Source: Eledone cirrhosa (Eukaryota). Taken from it: 64,000 nt of DNA. Positions within the stretch are counted from its first letter, which is position 1; each line of letters opens with the position of its first letter. The notes beneath the pieces are model-generated. The model had not been told where the DNA came from. It searched no databases and saw only the letters and a program-made list of their open reading frames with translations. Location of the stretch: the NCBI GenBank assembly GCA_964016885.1, contig OZ024756.1:36704001-36768000 (forward strand), written 5' to 3'. The position numbers and the translations under genes were made by a program. Below are positions 52,926 to 64,000 of this stretch, piece by piece.

Positions 52926-54486
52926 TATCAGTTGATGCTCCTAGTGAAGATATTTGGTTATTCCACGACGATAATGTTTCGAATATATTTGCTTAACTCA
53001 AAAATCATTAGAGAGACGTCCCAACGTTCCTATATAAATCGTTTTCTTTTATTTGTCTTGGACATAATTTAATCCTTATCTAACGATGCTGAAGAGAAAA
53101 GCAAAACTGTTTAAAACAATTGCAGCCATGTTTAGTAATGTACATTAGACATGAGAGTTCCTTAGTGGAAGTGAGGCTTAGTTTTTGGAGGGAACTCCAA
53201 CGTTCCTCTAATTTCATGTTGTTAATGTTTAAAGGTGCAGAGATATGTAGTGATGTTTTAGTACTATAAACATGTATTAAACGAAGCAAATAAACAAGTA
53301 GCCTGTTAAAATTCAAACACAACTCCACTTTCTCCAAACGTGAACCTAATATGACTTTGTATTTTTGCATCCCTGTGTTTGTTTTGTTTCATTTATCAAC
53401 TATTTTTCCACGCTTACGTGGTCTACCTGCCATTTGAACCTTGATAATTACCCTGAACACGGATTACCATGGATTAACCAACCTCCTGGTTGCTGGATTC
53501 TGAACTGATATATATATATATGTATACATCCAAGATAAGTTCCATGAGTTAACTTTTATATGTAGTTAAAGACATTTGGGTGTTTATTTTTTAGGAAGAC
53601 TTGTCGGATATTTCTAGTTTATTGAGCGATCACATAGGAACTTTTCCTCTTGAGATGTACTAGAAAAACCTTCTTCGATACACAAAACGATACCTTATGG
53701 GTTAATCAAGGGTAGGCTGTCTTTAGAGCTGATCACTAGTTAAACAACAAACCCTATGAATATACATACACACAGCCTCGTAAACTCTCTCACACCCTCC
53801 CAGTACAATTGAGTGTGACCCGTCGTAATACGGATAAATTTGGGGAGGGTATATATACTGTGGGTATCATCAAGTAATTTTATATAGATAAAAATAATTA
53901 TAATTCTGCGGTAGTTTTATTAAACATTTTATTTCGGAAGTGTATTCTGTTAATCTCGGATGTAGCAGAAGACAAAAGAGTCAGACAGTAGAGTGTTTTA
54001 TGGGGTTTCTACCTCTGACACAAGGATAAATGGTAAAAATAATCGAGTCTCTAACCATCCACTATTAACACTCCAGCTTTTCTAATTTATACTATTGCTG
54101 CAAATGCATGTTATTATTAGTTTTAAGGAGCTTTAAACTGGTTTCGTACCACTCAGCAGACGACAGTTGACTACTTAAGCCTGATATTGCTTATCTCCCC
54201 TTTGACTACATTTGAACCAAATATCTGCACACACGCATTTATCTTCCAATGACCAGGTTTACGTTCAAATCATCCGAGCTTTATCGTTCAATTACTCGTA
54301 CGTTATAAATCTAGTGAAGCGTGTTCGATTCGTGTACATATACATATGTATATATTATGCATAGTCGCGTATACGCATATATGTATATTTTTGTATTTAT
54401 TTATATAATATATATATGTAGCACAAAATATAAGATCCGTGTGTGGTAAAGATATTTGTATATATATATATATATTAATTAAAATA

Positions 54487-54517
<31 letters not shown>

Positions 54518-54609
54518 GAATTATTGATGCTCTGGGCAAATGTCCATTGAGCTTTTCTACTGAGAAACATAAACATCATACATATTATATATGTTGTAAT
54601 ACTTTAGAT

Positions 54610-54616
54610 TAATATA

Positions 54617-54670
<54 letters not shown>

Positions 54671-54706
54671 AATATATATGTATATATATATATATGTGTG
54701 TGAATA

Positions 54707-54752
<46 letters not shown>

Positions 54753-54778
54753 AATATATATGTATATATATATATATA

Positions 54779-54823
<45 letters not shown>

Positions 54824-54832
54824 ATATATATG

Positions 54833-54869
<37 letters not shown>

Positions 54870-54878
54870 ATATATATG

Positions 54879-54913
<35 letters not shown>

Positions 54914-54922
54914 ATATATATG

Positions 54923-54955
<33 letters not shown>

Positions 54956-54980
54956 ATATATATGTATATATATATATATA

Positions 54981-55069
<89 letters not shown>

Positions 55070-55072
55070 ATA

Positions 55073-55109
<37 letters not shown>

Positions 55110-55110
55110 T
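54610..55110. repeat. Compound (TA)n/(TG)n microsatellite
   Basis: Direct reading; many similar tracts occur across the window. Confidence 0.95.
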
Positions 55111-56015
55111 GTTATACTTGGGGAGGGTCATATTGTTATTATATAGCCAGAAATAATAACAGAACACACTCACTAGCAATATTATAACAGTATGACCCTC
55201 CCCAAGTATAACAATATTTGTTTCGACACATGATTTCATATCAAAAGCCTTGCAAAACAAATATCATCATCATCATCATCATCATCATTTTACGTCCGCT
55301 TTTCCCTGCTTGCAAGGGTGGGATGTATATATATATATACACCATCCGGTGTGGAAAGGCGGAAGTAAAATGATTTGCATGTATGTATATCTATATATGT
55401 GTGTGTATATCTATATATGTGTGTGTATATCTATATATGTGTGTGTATATCTATATATGTGTGTGTATATCTATATATGTGTGTATGTATATCTATATAT
55501 GTGTGTATGTATATCTATGTGTGTGTATGCTTTGTTTAATCTCTACTCCACTCCACATCAGTGAAGGAATTCTTAATACCTCCCCACCACCAAAAAATTA
55601 TGGAAGAGGGCAGGGGTCAGTGATAAGGGGATAAGAATGGAACAAATGTAAATCCAGGCATAATCTGTAAATATTTTTTGTCACTAATCCTTTAAAATGT
55701 CATTAAACCCTACAAATATGTCCACACTTGCTGTCAACAACTAGGAAAAATGTGGTCAACTTTGCCTTTCATCCTTACAGGGTCAATAAAATAAAGTACC
55801 AGTGATGCACTGGTGGCCTTATGCCTAAAGTAGAAACAATTATTACAATGTCATAGAAGGGCAGAGGGTTGGCAGAATCAGTAGGCCGGTAGAGCACTTT
55901 ACGTTCTGAGTTCAAATCGTGGTGAGGTTAGCTTTGCCTGTCATACTTACGGTGTCGATAAAATAAAGTACCAGTCACTCACTGGGGTTGATTAAATCTA
56001 CTTTCCCCTCCCCCA

Positions 56016-56475
<460 letters not shown>

Positions 56476-56623
56476 TATATATATGTATATATATATATAT
56501 ACACAATGATATTAAATAAATGGAAACTATATTTATAAAACCATATTTATTCTGTTATATATATTTCAAGGGTACCAAAAATGTTGGTCATGTCAAATAT
56601 TTATAAAACATTTTGTATTTTAA

Positions 56624-56661
56624 CTGATGAAAGCGTACCAAAATTTTTGGTACCCTTGAAA
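56624..56661 (+). ncRNA. Hammerhead ribozyme core
   Basis: CTGATGA-AAGCGTACCAAAA-T-TTTTGGTACCCTT-GAAA, AATAAA 13 nt later. Confidence 0.6.
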
Positions 56662-57311
56662 TATATATAATAGAATAAATATGGTTTAATAAATATAGTT
56701 TCCATTTATTTAATATCATTGAATATTTACTCCAGAAATCTGTCGAGTGCTCTGAATCAGTTATAAACATCTATATTTGTTGGATTTCCAACAAATTAAA
56801 TATCTCTTCTACATATAAATATATATATCTATATATATATATATATATATATTTCATTTGTGAGAAATCAACAGGAGCTTCTGGATGATTTCTCACGAAT
56901 GAAACGGTTCTAGTCCTGTAGAAGCTTTTCTATATTAAATATTTATACTCTTGCTTTGTATTGAGTACTTTCCTTACTGTGGTTACCCCGATTGAACCTG
57001 GGACATACTTATATATATATATATATATTTGAATGATTAATTAATTAATCTGAAAATCCTTTTTTTTTTCTGCGATTATATTTTGTTAAATTGAAACAGA
57101 TGTATAAATTAATAAAATGATTTGAATTGGTATCTTTGGCTTTTTCACCTAAATTAAATTATACATATATATACGTTTATCCCAGGTTCAATCGGGGGTA
57201 ACCACAGTAAGTATGGTACTCAATACATAGCTGAGTATAAATATTTAATATAGAAATGACTTCTACAGGACTAGAACTGTTTCATTCAGAGGAAATCATC
57301 TGGAAAGCCGG

Positions 57312-57343
<32 letters not shown>

Positions 57344-57547
57344 GTGGAGGTGCCACAGCAAAAAAGCACCCAGCACTCACTGTAAATAAGGTTGGTGTTA
57401 AGAAGGGCATCCAGCTGTAGAAATCAAGCCAGAATTAGTTCCCGTATGAGCAAGACAAGGTCAGCCAACCAGACACTGCCCGCAGCAGGATAACCCGTCT
57501 AACCCATGCTAGCGTGGAAGAACGGACATAAAATGGTGATGATGATG

Positions 57548-57578
<31 letters not shown>

Positions 57579-57612
57579 AATGAAATTATTGTGTACAGTG
57601 CTCAGGTGCACT

Positions 57613-57656
<44 letters not shown>

Positions 57657-57728
57657 TATGTTTCTTTATTAGCCACAGGGGCACAAAAGAAGGGGACAAA
57701 TACAAAGGGGGAAGTTTACATACAATAT

Positions 57729-57760
<32 letters not shown>

Positions 57761-58568
57761 AGATCCCCTTCGGTCATGACTGAGCATGGGATTTTCACCT
57801 AGAAAGTTCCCCTCTAAGGCACAAGTGATGGCAAGGTTGTTTGTGGAAGACCAGCAGTCACCCAAACATACCAGTCTCCCCTCTCAACACCACTGATGAT
57901 CTCCAAGGGAACGGTTCAAATGTTGTGGTCATTAGTGACCGAAGAGCATCTTTACCTACCTTTTACTATAAATAGTAGTTGAAAAAAAGAAACCTGGACA
58001 ACGCACCACAACACATATACACACACTATACACAGTCCTACATACCACATACCACACACATACACATACTACACAGTCTCACACACATACATACACTATA
58101 CACAGTCTCACACACATACACACTACACACTACACACCACATATCACATACATACACACACCACACACCACATACACTATACACAGTCTCACACACATAC
58201 ACACTACACACCACATATCACATACATACACACACCACTCACCACATACACTATACACAGTCTCACACACATACACACTACACACTACACACCACATATC
58301 ACATACATACACACACCACACACCACATACCACTCACATGCACACACACTACATACCATACACACACACACACACACATACACACTGTCACTTCCACAGC
58401 CAAATTGCCTTGACACCAAAAAAGGTGATGAAAATATCAATTTATTGAAAGTAGTGTGTGTGTGTGTGTGTGTGTTGATATGTGTGTATGTATGTGGATG
58501 TTTAATTGTGTTTAATTGTTAACGTGTATCTGTTAGTGTGTGAATATGTAAGTGTGTATATAGATATG

Positions 58569-58606
<38 letters not shown>

Positions 58607-58853
58607 CAATATAATAAAGAGAGATAAACACAGATATATACATTTAAATTGTAAGGGACCAGATTCGGTAACATAGTTAGTACCCTATTCACCCTAAACA
58701 ATCTGGTCCCTTACAATTTGAACACATATATGTATATATCTGTGTTTATCTTTCTTTATTATATTCAATTATATTACACGAGGCCTGGAGAAACATTTTT
58801 TCCTTGAGTTATTTAATTGTAAGAAACTATTTTGAGTTTCTAACTCAATATAT

Positions 58854-58949
<96 letters not shown>

Positions 58950-60191
58950 CAGGAAATATATTGAAGCACACACACACACCACACACATTCAGTCACACAC
59001 ACAAACACAAACACAACACTGACTCACAAACACAACACTGACTCACATACACAAACACACACACAAACACAACACCAACACACACACATACACGTAGCCC
59101 TTGATGCTGGGTTCCTCTCCTCATCACAATGGATCTTTTATACAATGAAAAAGATACTGAAAGAGAGACATGAGATATAGATAAGATCACTTTCAAACCT
59201 TGATGCTCATTGGTCTTCAGTTTATCCCTGTTTCTCTTTTGACACCAGTCCCATCAAATCCTACTCTGGTTCTAGAACAAATAAACTACCAATTTAACCC
59301 TTTAATGTTCAAACCGGCCAGAATTCTCTACCTTTTTCTGTTGAAACTGGCTGTAACTGGTCAATCATACTGATGTTAAGGTATTGTTCTCAAAATAAAT
59401 ACTTTCAAAATCTCATAGATTCGATATTATGTGAGATAAAGCATTTACCATGAAAATATAATAGTATATATAGAGTAATGTGAATGTTATGTGAGATATT
59501 ATGTGAGATAAAGCATTTACCATGAAAATATAATAGTATATATAGAGTAATGTGAAGGCTAAAGGGTTAAAGGGTTCCTATTTAAATTTAATTCTTCCAG
59601 CATAATAAAATGTAGTTTACTTATAATAATTGTTTCTACTTTTGGCACAAGGCCAGCAATTATCTCAGTGTATTACTGGTACTTTATTTTATCAACCCAG
59701 TAAGGATGAAAGGCAAAGTTAACCTCGGCAGTATTTGAACTCAGACCATAAAGGGCCGTAACTCTATGCTGCAAAGCATGGCGTCTGACTCTCTACCGAT
59801 ACTGCCAATCCACCGCCCTTTTAGTTTACTTATAATAATAATAATAATAATTTCATTTATTGGCCACAAGGGCCGACATCTAGGGTACAATACAAAGACA
59901 GGGACAGTGGGGGGGGGGGTTTACAATAAGGTCGAGTAAAAGTGCACAATGGCAAGACTAATTTAACAACGAAGATATAAAAATATAAAATAAACTATGC
60001 ATAAATATAACAAAATAAATTCCCCTATAGGGGGGGAGGGTTGGACAACCCAGGGGTGACTCAGGTACCCCACCAATCCTGAACCACCCTGCACTTCTAG
60101 GGCACCCGGGGAGAGCACCCCCTCTCTTCCTGAAATTAGCCAGCCTATAGGTCCATGGCCAGAGTAGGCCCACTCACACGGATAATAATAA

Positions 60192-60382
60192 TAATTGTTT
60201 CTACTTTTTGGCACAAGGCCAGCAATTACCCCAGTGCATTACTGGTACTTTATTTTATCGACCCCGTAAGGATGAAAGGCAAAGTCAACCTCGGCGGGAT
60301 TTGAACTCAGATCGTAAAGGGACGTAACTATGCTAGAAAGCATGGCGTCCGACCCTCTACCGATACTACCAATCCACCGCCC
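60192..60382 (-). mobile_element. tRNA-headed SINE family 1 (representative copy)
   Basis: B-box-like GAGTTCAAATCCC and core GCCTTTCATCCTTACGGGGTCGATAAAATAAAGTACCAG. Other copies near 3350-3510, 9290-9610 (tandem pair), 12895-13088, 23950-24035, 36059-36247, 40898-41225 (tandem pair), 43360-43790, 52230-52410, 55755-55990, 59625-59818. Confidence 0.85.
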
Positions 60383-60386
60383 ACGG

Positions 60387-60420
<34 letters not shown>

Positions 60421-61872
60421 AATTATTGTGTACAGTGCTCAGGTGCACTACAACTCATCAAAGGTGCATGTGTAGCACATAGAATAATGTACAAATGTCA
60501 GGAAAATGAACAGTGTATGAGTCATGATATACATGTATGTGTGTTGTATGGAGAGGGGATATCAGGTGGAGTGTTGGTGAATTTCAGGAAACATGGAGGG
60601 TTTAAAGGATGCAGTGTCCCGACAGCTAACAACTGATGCAGGTAGTTTGTTCCATGCTTCAGCAACTCTGAGCGTGAGTATATGATCTATAATGTGGAAT
60701 GTGATAGAAGGCTAAACAATGTAAAATAGACTGTAAGATGAAAGTAACGAGAAAGTAAGTTACCTGGTAATCTTTGTTTGTTTTGTTTTTTGGCAACATA
60801 ATTTTATATAAGAATCTAGGGTGGGTAAAATTCCCGAGATTGGTTCTTTACAATGGCTGATAATACCTTACCGGCGCCACTTGAGTAAGGTAATTATTTA
60901 ATTATTTAACCCATAAATGGGGCCCGAACAGGTACTACTACTCTAGGCCAGAGCAGACCTGGGAGTGATAACAACTAAGGGGTAACTCCACATTCCCCAC
61001 AGCTCCTGAACTCCCGAACTGAAGCCTTGCCACTGGATGCAGTTTAAGGTCATACCTAGGACAATTATATAAGAATGACATGTTAAATTATGTTCCAGAC
61101 ATCAACTTAACCCAAATAAAATCCGCTCAAATTCTATGAATCAAAACTATACATTTTAAAGGGTTCCTATTAAATTAAAATCTTCCAGAATAATTTTACC
61201 ATTTGTTAAGTTATCTTTCAAACATCAACTTAACCCCTTTTATACCATCCGAATATGACCAGTCAATTCCTTTATCTTCTGTAGCCCTTTTAAGAATCCA
61301 GTTGATGAAGCAAAGAGAACCACAAACAACAGACATCCTTGTCAAACTCCTGTGATGATCTCAAACCACTTACTATAGCCATCCTCAGTTCATACATACC
61401 ATTTTGAACCAGTATATAAATCCTTGATGGTTGAGATAACCTTGGATGATATGCCATGAGGTCAGATGATGTCCCATAAGGATGGTCTTCGGAGGCTAAC
61501 AAATGATTTAGCAAAGTCAATGAGTGTAATGGCAAGTGGTACTTGGAGTTAATTGTATATCTTGATGATGTACTATAGAGTAAATATATATATATGCGTA
61601 AACATAAAGCAGGCTTTGTTTACAAACCGGTAGTAAGTTTGAAAATTAGGGAGCAACATGTGCTTACGCCATATTTGGCTAAATAGAATTAGTCTGTTAG
61701 TTGGGATTTAAAAAAAATGGTAACACATTGGTCCAGCAAACCAAAGATATGGTTTCGTGTTCAATGTATGTCAATACTCTTCCTTTTTTCCATTCAGGGG
61801 TTTTTTTTTAAATCCAAACAAACAGACTAATTCTATTTAGCCAAATACGGTGTAAGCACATGTTACTACCTG

Positions 61873-61913
<41 letters not shown>

Positions 61914-62516
61914 CAGAGGAACCTCAGTTTACAAACACCTCTCATCATGAACATATTGGTTTATGAACAGGCTTGCTGAACACACAAGCCGAAACCGCTT
62001 AGCACTGCAGTCAAGATTTTACACATCTCTCTCTGTATGTATATATATATATATATATGCACATGTTTATCATCACCATTTCAGGGTGTATCATCATCAT
62101 CATCATCATCATCATTTTACGCCCGCTTTTCCCTGCTTGCAAGGGTGGGACGGGAACTGATTCTGGCTTGATTTCTACAGCTGGATGCCCTTCCTAACAC
62201 CAACCTCATTTACAGTGAGTGCTGGGTGCTTTTTTGCCGTGGCACCTCCACGACCACTTTGCAGTGGAATGATAGGGACCCCAGTCCCTATCATCTCATT
62301 TCTACAGCTGAGTAAACTGGAGCAATGTGAAATAAAGTGTCTTGCTCAAGGAAACAACACATCACCCGGTCTGAGAATTTAACTCACAACCTTTCGATTG
62401 CAAGACCAATGCTCTAACCACTAAGCCATGTGCCTCCATGTGTGTATATATATATATATATACCCTATACCAATGTATGTATATATATATATATATATAT
62501 ACACTCTACACCCATG

Positions 62517-62574
<58 letters not shown>

Positions 62575-62641
62575 TCCTACACCCGTGTATACATATATAT
62601 GTGTGTATGTGTGTATATATATATATATACACTCTACACCC

Positions 62642-62673
<32 letters not shown>

Positions 62674-62899
62674 ATATACACTCTACACCCATGCATATAT
62701 ATATATATATGTGTGTGTGTATATATATATACACACTACACCCATATATATATATACAATCATGTGTGTGTAGTAGAGTCCTGGTTTTTAACACCCAGTC
62801 ACATATCTGGACCAAACCACTTACATTTCTATTTTAAACCTTTTTATATTTATTTCATTTTTATATACTTTATTTATTATTTAGTGTTCCATTTCATTG

Positions 62900-63677
62900 A
62901 TGTTGTTGGTGGTGGTGGTGGTGGTGGTGGTGGTGTTGGTAGTGTTGTTGTTGTTGGTGGTGGTGTTGGTAGTGTTGTTGTTGGTGGTGGTGGTGTTGGT
63001 AGTGTTGTTGGTGGTGGTGGTGTTGTTGTTGGTGGTGTTGGTAGTGTTGTTGTTAGTGTTGTTGTTGCTGGTGGTGGTAGTGTTGTTGGTGGTGGTGGTG
63101 TTGGTTGTGTTGTTGTTGGTGGTGGTGGTGGTGTTGGTAGTGTTGTTGGTGGTGGTGTTGGTAGTGTTGTTGTTGGTGGTGGTGGTGTTGGTAGTGTTGT
63201 TGTTGGTGGTGTTGTTGTTGGTGGTGTTGGTAGTGTTGTTGTTGGTGGTGGTGTTGGTAGTGTTGTTGTTGTTAGTGTTGTTGTTGCTGGTGGTGGTAGT
63301 GTTGTTGTTGGTGGTGGTGTTGTTGGTAGTGTTGGTTGTTGTTGTTGGTGGTGTTGGTAGTGTTGTTGTTGGTGGTGGTGGTGTTGGCAGTGTTGGTTGT
63401 TGTTGTTGGTGGTGTTGGTAGTGTTGTTGTTGGTGGTGGTGGTGTTGGCAGTGTTGGTTGTTGTTGTTGGTAGTGTTGTTGTTGGTGGTGGTGGTGGTGG
63501 TGTTGGTAGTGTTGTTGTTGTGAGTGTTGTTGTTGCTCGTGGTGGTAGTGTTGTTGTTGGTGTTGGAGTTGTTATTGTTGTTGTTGTTAATAGTGTTGTT
63601 GTTGGTGTTGGAGTTGTTGTTGTTAATAGTGTTGTTGTTGTTGATGGTGGTGGTAATGTTGGTGGTGTTGTTGGTAG
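62900..63677. repeat. (GGT/GTT)n low-complexity array
   Basis: Direct reading; produces spurious Gly/Val and Thr/Pro ORFs. Confidence 0.95.
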
Positions 63678-64000
63678 TCTTCTGACACAGATAAACCATG
63701 TGATGGTTGGACTATTGAGGAAATATAGGGGAAATGCTCTGTAAAATAATCCTGTTTTATGGGGAGGTGGGGGGGGGAACAATTTAACCACCCCACACCT
63801 CACACACACACACACCTCACACATACACTCCTCCTTATATTACAGGAACTAGTTATTCTTTTTTCTATTTCATATAGTATTTGCCACAAGTGCAGACATG
63901 GTCATGTGGTTAAGGAGTTCGTTTCACAGCCACAGGGTTTTGAGTTCAATCCCACTGCATGTCGAGCGTCTTTCAGCAAGTGTCTTCTTTCACTATGAGC

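Noticed and set aside
61912-61995. Apparent hammerhead ATGAACA-GGCTTG...CAAGCC-GAAAC
   Set aside because: The 5' half belongs to an adjacent Tigger/pogo-like terminal sequence; only a half-core remains
62428-63824. Mucin-like Thr/Pro and Gly/Val ORFs
   Set aside because: Open in several frames on both strands because of a stop-free trinucleotide array; no signal peptide or splice support seen

Overview
AT-rich, microsatellite-dense animal DNA. The SINE and microsatellite content suggests an octopus-like cephalopod, which is an inference. The first 42 kb hold four copies of an SLC16/monocarboxylate-transporter-family (MFS) gene. Two copies reconstruct by hand as intact 8-exon, 495-codon genes in a head-to-head inverted duplication: copy C (minus, 20899->8885) and copy D (plus, 26234->41630). 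Two are pseudogenes: copy A (763-5495) and the older copy B (6352-8616). The rest is mobile and repetitive DNA: a 5'-truncated Neptune-type Penelope-like element (PLE) capped by an inverted terminal repeat, RTE and CR1 LINE pieces, two tRNA-headed SINE families, non-autonomous Helitrons, a hAT MITE and several minisatellites. The most striking unexplained structure is more than a dozen short fold-back palindromes from many unrelated sequence families. Most abut (TA)n tracts, and many carry minimal hammerhead-ribozyme cores (CTGANGA-stem-GAAA) followed by AATAAA. The two intact transporters differ more in several exons than in adjacent introns and lack the canonical TM8 Asp/Arg pair. All coordinates and counts were read by eye.
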